Assembly: GCA_020638735.1 (NCBI GenBank)
Contig: JACKHZ010000013.1
Coordinates: 277,694 to 341,693, forward strand
DNA length: 64,000 nucleotides
From: Planctomycetota bacterium
Lineage (GTDB): Bacteria > Planctomycetota > UBA1135 > UBA2386
Direction: 5' to 3'
Below, in pieces: positions 35,054 through 45,512 of the stretch. The translations under genes and the position numbers were made by a program. Every line of letters starts with the position of its first letter. Position 1 is the first letter of the stretch. The notes below the pieces were generated by a model. The model had not been told where the DNA came from. It was given only the letters and a program-made list of their open reading frames with translations, and searched no databases.

Positions 35054-37168
35054 ATGGCCCAGCGTCGACTCCGTGCGTCCCGTCCGACCCTGACCCCAGC
35101 CCTCTGGCTCACCGCGCTGCTGGCCGCGCCGGCCGCGGCGCAGGGGCCCGACCATCTGGCCCTCGGCAAGATGTGGACGTTCGAGAACCCGCCGCTCGGG
35201 TACCTCGAGAAGGAATACGGCTTCAAGCCCGACCAGAAGTGGCTCGACTCGCTGCGGCTGGCGGCGCTGCGCCTCGGCGAACGCGGCAACCCGTGGTGCT
35301 CGGCGTCGTTCGTCTCGCCGCAGGGCCTGATCATGACCAACCACCACTGCGTGCGCGAACAGGTGGCCGAGGTGCAGGGCGGGGCCGACTGGGTGCACGA
35401 CGGCTTCGCCGCGACGGCGCTCGAGGACGAAGTGCCGATCCCGGGCCTGACCGTGCAGCAGCTGATCGCGCAAGAAGACGTCACCGCCCGCGTCGACGCC
35501 GGCATCGCTGCCGACGACGACGCGGTGACGATCGCCAAGAAGCGCGCCGACAACACCAAGGCGATCCTCGCCGCGGCCGACGCCGCGCACCCGGGTCACC
35601 TGCACCAGGTCGTCGCGCTCTACCAGGGCGCCGTGCAGCAGCTCTATCGCTACCGCGTCTACGACGACCTGCGGCTGGTGGTCGCGCCGCACCTGCAGAC
35701 GGCGCACTTCGGCGGCGACCCGGACAACTTCACCTTCCCGCGCTGGAGCATCGACTTCTCGTTCGTGCGCGCCTACGAGGACGGCGAGCCGGCGGACACG
35801 ACCGCGCACTACTTCCGCTGGCGCGCGGAAGGCGCGCTCGACGGCGACCTGGTGTTCGTGCCGGGCAACCCCGGCAACACCAACCGCCAGCTGACCGTGT
35901 CGCAGCTCGAGGTGCAGCGCGACCTCGAATACCCGCTGATCCTCGGCCAGCTCGAGCGCGGCATCGCGATCCTCGCCCCGTTCACCAAGATGAGCCCCGG
36001 CATCCTGACCACACAGCTGAGCTGGCAGAACAGCTACAAGGCGATCGGCGGCATGCTCGGCGGCCTGCGCGACGAGGCGCTGATGCAGAAGAAGCTGCAG
36101 CACGAGCAGCACCTGCGCGGCGCGGTGTCGGAGAACCCGGAGCTGGCCAAGAAGTACGGCGACCTCTGGCGCGAGATCGACCGACTGTGTGTGCAGCGGC
36201 GCGAGGTGCTCGCCAAGAGCTCGTTCTACGGCCCGAGCTACTCGGCCGTGCTCGAGCGCGGCGTCGCGATCGCCAAGGCGCTCGACGAGACGGTGAGCGA
36301 AGAGGAGCGCGCGCAGGCCCGCGAACAGGCCGCGCAGGAGGTGTTCGAGGGCAACGTGCTGACGCGGGCGCTGCTGCTCGATCACTTCGAGCGCGCCGTG
36401 AATTGGCTCGGCGCCGACGATCCCTTCCTCATGGCGGTCGGCCGTGACTACCGCGCCGCCGCCGGCTTCGACTGGCCGAAGGCGATCGGCGCGCTGCGTC
36501 GCAGCGAGCTCGGCGACGACGCGTTCGTCGCGCAGCTGCTCGCCGCCGGCGACGCCGCCGAGCGCTGGGCACAGAGCGAGGACCACGCCATCGCCGTCGC
36601 GCGCGTGCTGTGGCCGCTGATGCGCGACGCCCAGCAGACGCAGGAGCACGTCGAGAAGGAGCTCGAGACGCAGGGCATCCGCCTCGGCCACGCGCTGCAC
36701 GACGTCTACGGCAGCCACATCAGCCCCGACGCGACGATGACGCTGCGCTTCTCCGACGGACGCGTCTCCGGCTATCCCTACAACGGCACGCTGGCGCCGT
36801 GGGCGACGAGCTTCTACGGCCTGTTCGGCCGCGGCGTCGAGTTCGGCGGCAAGTATCCGTTCGACATCCCGCGCCAGTGGCTCGACGCCGAGCAGGCGAT
36901 CGACCTGTCCAAGCGCGTCTGCTTCGCCAGCACCAACGACATCGTCGGCGGCAACTCCGGCTCGTGCGTCGTCGACCAGGAGCTGCGCGTCGTCGGCCTG
37001 ATCTTCGACGGCAACATCGAGTCGCTACCCAACGACTTCTACTACACGCAGGACAAGGCCCGCGCCGTCAGCGTGCACACCGACGCGATCGTCACCGCGC
37101 TGCAGCACGTCTACGGCATGCAGCGCATCGTCGACGAACTCCGCGCCGGCGCGGCGAACGACCGGTAG
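35054..37168 (+). CDS. S46-family serine peptidase (dipeptidyl-peptidase 7/11-like)
   Basis: 704 aa with signal peptide LWLTALLAAPAAAQG. Family hallmarks are GKMWTFENPP, WCSASFVSPQGLIMTNHHCV (catalytic His), FGGDPDNFTFPRWSIDFSFVRAY and IVGGNSGSCVVD (catalytic Ser). Confidence 0.9.
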   Translation: MAQRRLRASRPTLTPALWLTALLAAPAAAQGPDHLALGKMWTFENPPLGYLEKEYGFKPDQKWLDSLRLAALRLGERGNPWCSASFVSPQGLIMTNHHCVREQVAEVQGGADWVHDGFAATALEDEVPIPGLTVQQLIAQEDVTARVDAGIAADDDAVTIAKKRADNTKAILAAADAAHPGHLHQVVALYQGAVQQLYRYRVYDDLRLVVAPHLQTAHFGGDPDNFTFPRWSIDFSFVRAYEDGEPADTTAHYFRWRAEGALDGDLVFVPGNPGNTNRQLTVSQLEVQRDLEYPLILGQLERGIAILAPFTKMSPGILTTQLSWQNSYKAIGGMLGGLRDEALMQKKLQHEQHLRGAVSENPELAKKYGDLWREIDRLCVQRREVLAKSSFYGPSYSAVLERGVAIAKALDETVSEEERAQAREQAAQEVFEGNVLTRALLLDHFERAVNWLGADDPFLMAVGRDYRAAAGFDWPKAIGALRRSELGDDAFVAQLLAAGDAAERWAQSEDHAIAVARVLWPLMRDAQQTQEHVEKELETQGIRLGHALHDVYGSHISPDATMTLRFSDGRVSGYPYNGTLAPWATSFYGLFGRGVEFGGKYPFDIPRQWLDAEQAIDLSKRVCFASTNDIVGGNSGSCVVDQELRVVGLIFDGNIESLPNDFYYTQDKARAVSVHTDAIVTALQHVYGMQRIVDELRAGAANDR

Positions 37169-37349
37169 CAGCAATCTGGCACGGCGCCGCGAAAATGCCC
37201 GCGGCGCGGCGCGGGGCCCGGAGCGCGGATCTCGCCATGACATGGCGTTCGCCCAGCAGCCCACGCGCGGTGGCCTTCCGACCCGGCTGCACCGCTCGAC
37301 GACCTCGGGTAGGTTGTCAGGCCTCGCCTGCCAGCGAACGCCACCGACG

Positions 37350-39677
37350 ATGCGCCTACCTTCCCCTGCAGTCTCCCTGATCTCCGCCGCGGCGCTGTCG
37401 GTCGCGGTCGCCAACCTCGCGCCGCTCTCGACCTCCACCGACACGGCGATGCCGGGTACGCAGCCGCTCGAGGCCGCCTTGCTCGGCCCGTTGCCGGCCT
37501 GCGACGGATGCCACGGCTACTACGACCAGGACGTCGAGCCGGTCGAGAACTGGATGGGCAGCATGATGTCGCACGCCGGCCGCGACCCGGTGTTCTGGGC
37601 GGCGCTCGGCGTCGCCGAAGGCGACCTGCCCGGGGCCGGCGACTTCTGTCTGCGCTGCCACGCGCCGCGCGGCTGGCAGGAAGGGCGCGCCTTCCCGACC
37701 GATGGCTCGGCGCTCGATCCGATGCTGGACCAGTACGGCGTCGAGTGCGGCCTGTGCCATCAGCTCGTCAACCCGGACAAGAGCGAACACGGCGGCGTGC
37801 AGTACCTGCCCTACGTCGCCAACGACGGCGGCAACCCGGTCGAGGGCTACTACGGCAGCGGCATGGCCGTGCTGGCCGGCAACCAGACACGCTACGGTCC
37901 GTACGCCTCGACCACCGCGGGTCACCCGTTCGTGCAGTCGAAGTTCCACCGCTCCGCGGAGATCTGCGGCACCTGTCACGACGTCTCCAACCCGGTCACC
38001 GGCGACCTCGCCGCCAACAACGGCGCGATGACGCCGCTGCCGCCCGGTCAGTCGAGCGGCGTGTCCGGCGCGCCGGTGACCCAGAAGGCGGCGTTCCTCA
38101 ACCCGCCGTTCGCCTACGGCATCGTCGAGCGCACGTTCAGCGAGCACTTCGCCAGCGCGCTGTCGACCACGCCGGTCGCCAACTACGCGTCGCTACCGGG
38201 CGACCTTCAGCGCGGCGCGATCAAGCGCGCCTACGACCAGGCGCAGCTCGCCGGCATGTCGGGCGATCACGAGGACGGCACCGCGCGCTTCTTCTCGTGC
38301 CAGAGCTGCCACATGGAGCCCGTGGTCGGCGAAGGCGCGGCGTTCGGCATCTCGCCGGTGCGCTACGACCTGCCGAAGCACGACATGACCGGCGGCAACA
38401 CCTGGGCGCCGCTGGCGATCCAGTGGCTCGACGGCCAGTCGCCGAGCCTGCTGCGCCTCGGCAAGAACATGTCGCCGACGATGACCGCGGCGATGGACCG
38501 CGGCGTGCTTCGCTCGCGCGCGGCGCTGCAGCGCGCGGCGGCGCTCGACGTGCAGAACGTCGACACGCTGCGCGTCACCAACCTGACCGGCCACAAGCTG
38601 CTGACCGGCTATCCCGAAGGCCGTCGCATGTGGCTGCGCATCCGCTGGATGAACGAGCAGCTGCAGGTGATCCAGGAGCAGGGCTCGTACGGCAGCTTCC
38701 AGACGACCGTCAACGGCCAGAACTACACCGTCGAGTCGATCACCGACCCGAACGCCCACGTCTACGAGGCCAAGCTCGGCATCACCCAGGACTGGGCGCT
38801 GCAGCTGCTCGGCATGGGCGTGTCGCCGTTCACGCCGCTCGGCTTCGACCGCGTGACGGGTGCGCCGACGACGGACCTCGCGACGCTGGCGACCAGCGCG
38901 CCGGGCACCGCCGAGCCGACCTTCCACTTCGTGCTCAACAACACGCTGCTCGAGGACAACCGCATCCCGCCCTACGGCTTCGACCGCGACGAGGCCGAAC
39001 ACCGCAACGCGCTGCCCGTGCCGGCGACGGCGTTCGGCAACCCGGCGCCGGGCGGGACCTACGAGCACTTCGACGACGTGCAGCTGACGCCGCCGCCCGG
39101 CGCCACGCGCGCCGAGATCGAGCTGATGTACCAGACCGCGAGCTGGGAGTACATCCAGTTCCTGCTGCTCGCCAACCCGGGCACCAGCGCCTTCCTCGCC
39201 TCGGCCGGGCAGGAGCTGTTCGACGCCTACATGGCCACCGGCAAGTCGACGCCGGAGGTGATGGCGACCGCGCGCTGGTGCGAGATGCCGGGCTCCAACG
39301 AAGACGCCGTCCTGCGCACGTCGATCGACAGCGCGACACCGGACGCGACCTGCGCCAAGCGGGTCGAGGGAGGCGACGTGATGCACTTCGAGATCACCAG
39401 CCCCAACGGCACCCACACCAACAGCCTCGGCCTGCTGGTGCTCGAGCTGCACCAACCGAGCGCGCCGCCGATCCCGGGCCTGATCCCGGGCCTGTGGCTC
39501 GACGAAGCCCACGGCCTGGTCACGATCAACGGCGTGCCGCCGGGTGGCTGGAGCTGGAGCATCCAGCTGCCCTCGAGCGTGGTCGGCAGCCTGCGCTGGC
39601 AGGCGCTGCTGTGCAACGCGACCCCGGCGAACGGCATCTTCGCCGCGACCGACGCGTTCGACTTCTACCAGGACTGA
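37350..39677 (+). CDS. secreted multiheme c-type cytochrome-like protein (5 CxxCH motifs) with shared C-terminal domain
   Basis: The ATG at 37350 gives MRLPSPAVSLISAAALSVAVA, a signal peptide. The CxxCH motifs are CDGCH, CLRCH, CGLCH, CGTCH and CQSCH. The C-terminus is ...WSIQLPSSVVGSLRWQALLCNATPANGIFAATDAFDFYQD. Confidence 0.8.
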   Translation: MRLPSPAVSLISAAALSVAVANLAPLSTSTDTAMPGTQPLEAALLGPLPACDGCHGYYDQDVEPVENWMGSMMSHAGRDPVFWAALGVAEGDLPGAGDFCLRCHAPRGWQEGRAFPTDGSALDPMLDQYGVECGLCHQLVNPDKSEHGGVQYLPYVANDGGNPVEGYYGSGMAVLAGNQTRYGPYASTTAGHPFVQSKFHRSAEICGTCHDVSNPVTGDLAANNGAMTPLPPGQSSGVSGAPVTQKAAFLNPPFAYGIVERTFSEHFASALSTTPVANYASLPGDLQRGAIKRAYDQAQLAGMSGDHEDGTARFFSCQSCHMEPVVGEGAAFGISPVRYDLPKHDMTGGNTWAPLAIQWLDGQSPSLLRLGKNMSPTMTAAMDRGVLRSRAALQRAAALDVQNVDTLRVTNLTGHKLLTGYPEGRRMWLRIRWMNEQLQVIQEQGSYGSFQTTVNGQNYTVESITDPNAHVYEAKLGITQDWALQLLGMGVSPFTPLGFDRVTGAPTTDLATLATSAPGTAEPTFHFVLNNTLLEDNRIPPYGFDRDEAEHRNALPVPATAFGNPAPGGTYEHFDDVQLTPPPGATRAEIELMYQTASWEYIQFLLLANPGTSAFLASAGQELFDAYMATGKSTPEVMATARWCEMPGSNEDAVLRTSIDSATPDATCAKRVEGGDVMHFEITSPNGTHTNSLGLLVLELHQPSAPPIPGLIPGLWLDEAHGLVTINGVPPGGWSWSIQLPSSVVGSLRWQALLCNATPANGIFAATDAFDFYQD

Positions 39678-39777
39678 CGCCCGCAGGACCGGGCGACCGC
39701 CGGCGATTGCGGTCGCCCCCGAGGCTGCGCATGCTGGGCCGACCCGGCCCGCCGGGCGCCCCGCCTCCTGCTCCGCC

Positions 39778-42402
39778 ATGCATCGATCGCTCCTGCTGAC
39801 GCCGTTCCTCGCCGCGAGTCTGCACGCCCAGGACGACGTCGCCACGCCGACGCGACCGATCGAGCCCGCCGCGGAGAAGCTCGCGCGCGTGGCGCCGCGT
39901 TCGCCCGAAGAGACCGTCGCGTCGATCGAACTGCCGCCCGGCTACCACCTCGAGGTCGTCGCCTGCGAGCCGATGATCCGCGAGCCGGTGGCGATCGCGT
40001 GGGACGGCAACGGCCGCATGTACGTCGCCGAGATGTGCACCTACATGCAGGACATCGACGGCCGCGACGAGCACGCCGCGAAGAGCCGGATCAGCCGCCT
40101 CGAGGATCGCGACGGCGACGGCCGGATGGACCACCACACGGTGTTCGTCGACGGCCTCGTGCTGCCGCGCATGATCCTGCCGCTGCAGGACAGCGTCATC
40201 GTGCGCGAGACCGACACGCTCGATCTGCACGAGTATCGCGACACCGACGGCGACGGCGTCGCCGACGACAAGCGGCTGGTGTTCGCCGGCGGCGGGCGCG
40301 GCGGCAACCTCGAGCATCAGCCGAGCGGGCTCGAGTGGAACGTCGACAACTTCCTCTACGTGACCTACACCGACCGGCGCTACCGCTACCGCGACGGCAG
40401 GATCGAGGCGCACCCGCTGCCCGCCGGCGAAGGGCAGTGGGGCATCACCTTCGACGACTGGGGCCAGTGCTTCTACTCGCGCGCCGGCGGCGAGGTGGTC
40501 GCGACGATGTTCCAGCAGAACCTGCAGTACGGGCGCCTGTCGCTGCCCGGCGAGCTCGAAGACGGCTTCCACGAGTGCTGGCCGATCGACGACATCCCCG
40601 ACGTGCAGGGCGGCCTGCCCCGCGTGCGCGAAGACGGCTCCCTCAACCACTTCACCGGCTGCTGCGGTCAGACGGTGTTCCGCGGTGATCGCCTGCCCGA
40701 GGAGCTGCGCGGCAACCTGTTCGTGCCCGAGCCCGTCGGTCGGCTGATCCGCCGCGCGACGATCACCGACGAAGGCGGCAAACGCGTGCTGCGCAACCCG
40801 CACGGCAAGTCGGAGTTCTTGCGCACCGCCGACGCGAACTTCCGCCCGGTCAACATGGAGACGGGCCCCGACGGCACGCTCTACATCGTCGACATGTATC
40901 GCGGCATCATCCAGGAGGGCAACTGGGTGCGCGAAGGCAGCTACCTGCGCGGCGTCGTGCAGCAGTACGGCCTCGACCGCAACATCGGCCGCGGCCGCAT
41001 CTATCGCCTCGTGCACGACGACTTCGCGCCGGGGCCGCAGCCGCACATGCTCGACGAGACCAGCGCCGAGCTGGTCGCACACTTGAGCCACGCGAACGGC
41101 TGGTGGCGCGACAGCGCGCAGAAGCTGCTGGTGCTGCGCGGCGACGTGTCGGTGGTGCCGGCGCTGGGCGAACTGCTGCAGCACGGCGAGACCGCGGTGG
41201 CGCGCATGCACGCGCTGTGGACGCTCGACGGCCTCGACGCGGTCACGATGCGGCACGTGCAGACCGCGCTGAAGGACGACGACGCGCGCATGCGCGCGAC
41301 CGCGGTGCGCGTCGCCGAGCGCTTCCTCGACGCCTCGTCGCGCGACGCCGATGCCGTGGCCGCGGTGCACAGCGCCGCCGTCGACCCGTCGCCGCTCGCG
41401 CGCCTGCAGGCGCTGCGCACCGCGCTCTACGTCGAGCTGCCCGGCTACGAGCAGCTGGTCGAACGGATCGTCGCCGCCGGCGGCGACCACGAGGTGTTCC
41501 GGCTGACGGCCAAGGAGCACTTCGACCGCCTCGCCAAGGAGAAGGCCGAGGCCGAACGGCGCGCCGAGATCGCGCGCAAGAACGCCGCGCTCGCCGCCGC
41601 CGTGCAGCGCGGCGCGACGGTCTACCAGGGGCTGTGCTTCGCGTGCCACGGCACCGACGGCGAGGGCATGCCCGTGCCCGGCAGCGAAGGCATGCGGCTC
41701 GCGCCGAGCCTCGCCCGCTCGCCGCGCGTGCTCGGATCGCCGGCGCGGCTCGGTCGCATCCTGCTGCACGGCCTGACCGGCCCCGTCGACGGCGCGAACT
41801 TCCCCGGCGTGATGGTCGGAATGGCCGCCAACGACGACCAGTGGATCGCCGACGTGATGACCTACGTACGCAACAGCTGGGGCAACGCCGCCAGCCTGAT
41901 CGAGCCGGCCGAGATCGCCGAACTGCGCAAGGCGACCGCCGCCCGCAACACGCAGTGGACGCTCGCCGAGCTGAAGCCGTTCGACCCTGTGCTGCTCGCG
42001 CGCCGCAGCTGGCGGCTGACCTCGGACCGCAACCCGGGTGAACTGGCGCGCGCGGTCGACGGCGACGACGGCACGCGCTGGACGACCAACGAGACGCAGC
42101 GGCCGGGCACCTGGCTGAGCATCGAGCTGCCCGAAGCCGTGCCGCTGACCGGCTGCTGCCTCGACACGCACGGCTCGATCAACGACTTCCCGCAGCGCTA
42201 CGAAGTGCGCACGTCGATGGACGGCGAGAACTGGAGCGAGCCGATCGCCGCCGGCGACGGCGAACGAGACCAACCGATCATCCGCTGGCAGCCGACGACC
42301 GCGCGCTTCGTCAAGATCACGCAGCTCGGCAAGAAGGCAGACCTCTGGTGGTCGGTGCACGAGCTGCAGCTGTTCGGCGACGGCAACCCGCTGCCGAAGT
42401 AG
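39778..42402 (+). CDS. PVC-type heme-binding (CxxCH) membrane-bound-dehydrogenase-domain protein with HEAT repeats and C-terminal F5/8 type C (discoidin) domain
   Basis: The ATG at 39778 gives MHRSLLLTPFLAASLHAQ. The dehydrogenase-like domain is PPGYHLEVVACEPMIREPVAIAWDGNGRMYVAEM...DGDGRMD...FRPVNMETGPDGTLYIVDMYRGIIQ. The cytochrome c motif is VYQGLCFACHGTDGEG. The discoidin-like end is AVDGDDGTRWTT...WLSIEL...RYEVRTSMDGENW. Confidence 0.85.
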   Translation: MHRSLLLTPFLAASLHAQDDVATPTRPIEPAAEKLARVAPRSPEETVASIELPPGYHLEVVACEPMIREPVAIAWDGNGRMYVAEMCTYMQDIDGRDEHAAKSRISRLEDRDGDGRMDHHTVFVDGLVLPRMILPLQDSVIVRETDTLDLHEYRDTDGDGVADDKRLVFAGGGRGGNLEHQPSGLEWNVDNFLYVTYTDRRYRYRDGRIEAHPLPAGEGQWGITFDDWGQCFYSRAGGEVVATMFQQNLQYGRLSLPGELEDGFHECWPIDDIPDVQGGLPRVREDGSLNHFTGCCGQTVFRGDRLPEELRGNLFVPEPVGRLIRRATITDEGGKRVLRNPHGKSEFLRTADANFRPVNMETGPDGTLYIVDMYRGIIQEGNWVREGSYLRGVVQQYGLDRNIGRGRIYRLVHDDFAPGPQPHMLDETSAELVAHLSHANGWWRDSAQKLLVLRGDVSVVPALGELLQHGETAVARMHALWTLDGLDAVTMRHVQTALKDDDARMRATAVRVAERFLDASSRDADAVAAVHSAAVDPSPLARLQALRTALYVELPGYEQLVERIVAAGGDHEVFRLTAKEHFDRLAKEKAEAERRAEIARKNAALAAAVQRGATVYQGLCFACHGTDGEGMPVPGSEGMRLAPSLARSPRVLGSPARLGRILLHGLTGPVDGANFPGVMVGMAANDDQWIADVMTYVRNSWGNAASLIEPAEIAELRKATAARNTQWTLAELKPFDPVLLARRSWRLTSDRNPGELARAVDGDDGTRWTTNETQRPGTWLSIELPEAVPLTGCCLDTHGSINDFPQRYEVRTSMDGENWSEPIAAGDGERDQPIIRWQPTTARFVKITQLGKKADLWWSVHELQLFGDGNPLPK

Positions 42403-42408
42403 TGCGCG

Positions 42409-44313
42409 TCAGAGGATGTCGAGCACGCCGGTAGAGCCGTTGCTCAGCGTGTCGACGAACGTCGCCCAGTTGCTGTCGATGCTGAGCGACGTGTTCCACG
42501 GCAGCGCGTCCTTGTCGCCGACGCCGCCGAGCGCGGCCGCGGCGAACGCGCGGGCCAGCTTGGTCATGCGCTTGTCGGCGGTCAGCTCGATCAACGGATC
42601 GATCGCGCGGCGGTCGCCGATGCGACCGATCGCGGTCGCGATCGCGGCGAGCACGGCCGTGCTGTCGTACTCCTTCAACATCGCGACCAGCTGCTCATTG
42701 GCGTTCTTGTCGCCGAGACAACCGAGCGCGACCGCGCACTGCTGTAACAGGAACGGCCGCCGCCCCGAACGCCGCAACACCGCCGACAGCTGCGGCACGG
42801 CGACGGCGTCGTGCAGCAGGCCGAGGCCGACGCACAGGTAGCCGGCCGCGCGTTCGTCCCCTTCGTGCGCCGAGAGCTGCTGCATCACGGTCGGCGCGGC
42901 GTCGGTGTGACCGGCGAGCCCGAGCGCGACCGCGAGCGCCGAGCGCTGGTCGTCGGTCTGCGCGTCGATCAGGTCCGACAGCAGCAGCTGCCCGACCACC
43001 GCGTCGGGCGAACCGGCGGCGGCGGCGGGCTGCGCCAGCAAACCGAGCGCGATGGCGAGCCACGGCGCCGCCGTCGCCCGGCTGGCCTTGTTGTAGGCCT
43101 TGAGCAGCCAGTCGCGGTTGGCTTCGCCGCCGATGCGCCCGAGGGCGATCACCGCGAACCACCGCGTCGTCTGGTCCCTGCCGCGCTCGTAGCAGCTGCG
43201 CAGCGCCGCGCTGCAGAAGGCGTCGGCGGCGTCGCGCTCCTCCGGCAGCGCGAGCATGCCGAGCGCGATCGCCGCCGACTGCCGGATCGCCGCCCCGCGA
43301 CGGTTCTTGTCGTCGAGCTCGTCGACGAACGCCTGCTTGCAGCGCTGGTGCAGCGACGAGACGTCGCGCCCGAGCAGCCGTCCGATCGCCGGCCCGGCGT
43401 GCGCCTGGATCTGCTCGTCGCCAGCGCCGCGGTCGGCGGCGAACCAGTCGAGCAGCTGCTCGACCAGGATCCACGCCAACCGCTTGTCGGCCGAACGCTC
43501 GGGGTCGCCGCGCAGCACGCCGAGCCCCGACAGCGCGCCGGTCAGCAGGTCGCGGTCGTTCTCCTGCTCGTCCTTCAGCACGCCCCACAGCACCTCGTAG
43601 GCCTGCTGCGACAGCTTGGGGTCGCCGAGGCGGCGGGCCAGCAGCCCGAGCCCGTAGGCGGCGAACGCCCGGGTGCGGTCGCGCACCTCGCTGCGATCGA
43701 CCATCGCCCGCGCCTTCTTGTCGTCCTGCACCAGCGACACGAGCATCGGGAACGCCGCGGCGCGCCCGGCGATCGCCAGCGACAGCACCGCCGTCTCGCG
43801 CACCTCCTGGTCGTCGCGCTTCAGTCGTTCTGCCAGCACCGCCTCGAGCTCGCCGCCCGGCGGGTCCTGCCCGACCTTGCCGAGCGCGACCAGCGTCGCC
43901 GACTGCACGTCGCGGTTGCGGTCCGCCTCGAGCAGGGCGATCAGCGCGGGCACGATGCGCGACTTGCGGTCGTCCTCGGTCGGCGCCAGCACGTCGGCGA
44001 CGAGGTTGGGCCGGTTGGGACCGAGGTAGAAGTCGTCGGACCCGGTGATCGGCACCACCGACGTCGCGCTGCGCGGCAGCAGGTAGGGCTCCTTGTTGAA
44101 CTCCCACCAGGTCTGCCAGCTGATCGTGTAGGGCTGCACGTCGCGCGCGCCGGTGGTCGGCCCAGGCGTCGGCGGCGCCGCCGGCGGCCCATTGAGCACC
44201 GGCAACGGCACGACGGGGATGCCCGGGGGACCGCGGTACTGCCCGCCGTGCGCCGACAGCGCGGTCGCCAGCAGCACGGCGCAAGACACCGAGAGCGTGA
44301 GTTGGCGACGCAT
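42409..44313 (-). CDS. secreted HEAT/PBS-lyase-like repeat protein
   Basis: The ATG at 44313 gives MRRQLTLSVSCAVLLATALSAHG, a signal peptide. Many HEAT-like repeats follow (VRETAVLSLAIAG, IRQSAAIALGML, RWFAVIALGRIGG, CAVALGCLGD, LAAIATAIGRIGD, RAFAAAALGGVGD). The upstream 330 codons of the 966-aa track ORF are R-rich and rejected. Confidence 0.8.
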   Translation of the reverse strand: MRRQLTLSVSCAVLLATALSAHGGQYRGPPGIPVVPLPVLNGPPAAPPTPGPTTGARDVQPYTISWQTWWEFNKEPYLLPRSATSVVPITGSDDFYLGPNRPNLVADVLAPTEDDRKSRIVPALIALLEADRNRDVQSATLVALGKVGQDPPGGELEAVLAERLKRDDQEVRETAVLSLAIAGRAAAFPMLVSLVQDDKKARAMVDRSEVRDRTRAFAAYGLGLLARRLGDPKLSQQAYEVLWGVLKDEQENDRDLLTGALSGLGVLRGDPERSADKRLAWILVEQLLDWFAADRGAGDEQIQAHAGPAIGRLLGRDVSSLHQRCKQAFVDELDDKNRRGAAIRQSAAIALGMLALPEERDAADAFCSAALRSCYERGRDQTTRWFAVIALGRIGGEANRDWLLKAYNKASRATAAPWLAIALGLLAQPAAAAGSPDAVVGQLLLSDLIDAQTDDQRSALAVALGLAGHTDAAPTVMQQLSAHEGDERAAGYLCVGLGLLHDAVAVPQLSAVLRRSGRRPFLLQQCAVALGCLGDKNANEQLVAMLKEYDSTAVLAAIATAIGRIGDRRAIDPLIELTADKRMTKLARAFAAAALGGVGDKDALPWNTSLSIDSNWATFVDTLSNGSTGVLDIL

Positions 44314-44366
44314 TGGCGCACCATATCCGCTCGCCGTGGTGCGGTAACGCACACCGCCGGAAGCGG

Positions 44367-45512
44367 TCAGAAGCGGATCGGCACCACGGGCAGAACGCCC
44401 GTGACCTCGTCGCCTTCGGCGGTGACGAGCAGCAGCCGCGCCGACACCACCCGATGCCGCAGAGCCGGCAGCGCGGGCCAGCGCAGGGCCACCGTCACGC
44501 TGCCGTAGAAGGGCACTTCGCCGATCGTGTTGCCGCCGAGCGAGTCGCGCCAGTCGGCGCGCATCACGTGCGGCGCGGCGGGCGGCTGCAGCAGCCAAGG
44601 CTCGACGCCCTCGGGGCCGAGCACCGGCGGCGGTCCCGGCCGCGCCTGCGCCAGGTCGAGCACGTGCATGCTGCCGGGCAACGCCGCCGTCGCGGCGACC
44701 AGCGTCGCCTCGCCGCGGCCGATCACCGCCGCCACGCTGCAGCGCGGCGCCGCCGGCGCGCCGAGCCGCACGCTGCGGCCGAGGTCGCCTTCGCGCATCG
44801 CCGCGAGGCCGACGCCGCCGCGCTGCAGGCCGCCGTCGAGCACCTGCAGCACCGGCTGCTCGTCGACGAAGCAATGCAGACGGAAGCCCTGCAGCTGGAA
44901 GGTCAGCCGGTGCGAACCCGTCGGTGCGCTGGCGGTCGTCGCCTGGGCGACGATCATGCGATCGGCGCCGAACCAGCGCTCGATACGCACCACGGCGGCC
45001 GCCGGGTCGACGGCGAACACGTAGCAGCCGTTGTCGCTGCGCCGTGCGACGACGCCGACCGCGCGCGCATCGTCGCCGCTGCCGAGCTCGACGTCGGCGA
45101 CCACGCGGTAGTCGCTCGCCTCGTCGTCGGGCAGCGCCGCGGTGCGCAACGCCCAGCGATGGTCGCCGCGCGTCGTCTCGAGCATCGCCTCGCCGTCGAG
45201 GGCCCGTTCGCGCGTCGCGTCGGGCCCCGCCGCTTCGACAGCGAGCACGACCTCGTCGCCCGGCGCGACCGTCAGCCCGAGCGAACCGGGCTTGCCGGCG
45301 TCGTTCCACGGGAAGTCCACCTGCGCCTCGACGAACGGCAGTTCGCGCGCCTCGCCGGCGTGCAGTTCGACGGGCGCGGCGCCGGCGCCGCTGCGCACGG
45401 TCGCCACGCCGCTGCGGCCGAGCAGGCGCCAGGTCGCCGTCTCCGGCTGCTGCGCAGCGAGCAGTCCGGCCAGCGCGACGATCGTCGCGGCGCGCGCGGC
45501 GAGCCCGTTCAC
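44367..45512 (-). CDS. hypothetical secreted protein with a concanavalin/LamG-like central region
   Basis: The probable GTG start at 45512 overlaps the stop of the upstream exonuclease gene (GTGA). The N-terminus [22 protein letters not shown] is a signal peptide. The central region is [29 protein letters not shown]...[37 protein letters not shown]. Confidence 0.6.
   Translation of the reverse strand: MNGLAARAATIVALAGLLAAQQPETATWRLLGRSGVATVRSGAGAAPVELHAGEARELPFVEAQVDFPWNDAGKPGSLGLTVAPGDEVVLAVEAAGPDATRERALDGEAMLETTRGDHRWALRTAALPDDEASDYRVVADVELGSGDDARAVGVVARRSDNGCYVFAVDPAAAVVRIERWFGADRMIVAQATTASAPTGSHRLTFQLQGFRLHCFVDEQPVLQVLDGGLQRGGVGLAAMREGDLGRSVRLGAPAAPRCSVAAVIGRGEATLVAATAALPGSMHVLDLAQARPGPPPVLGPEGVEPWLLQPPAAPHVMRADWRDSLGGNTIGEVPFYGSVTVALRWPALPALRHRVVSARLLLVTAEGDEVTGVLPVVPIRF

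Noticed and set aside
42409-45309. 966-aa version of the HEAT-repeat gene, and the 509-aa version of 44367..45896
   Set aside because: The N-terminal extensions are R/G/A-rich and overlap the upstream genes. Internal starts (ATG at 44313, GTG at 45512) are followed at once by clean signal peptides, and the GTG overlaps the upstream stop.
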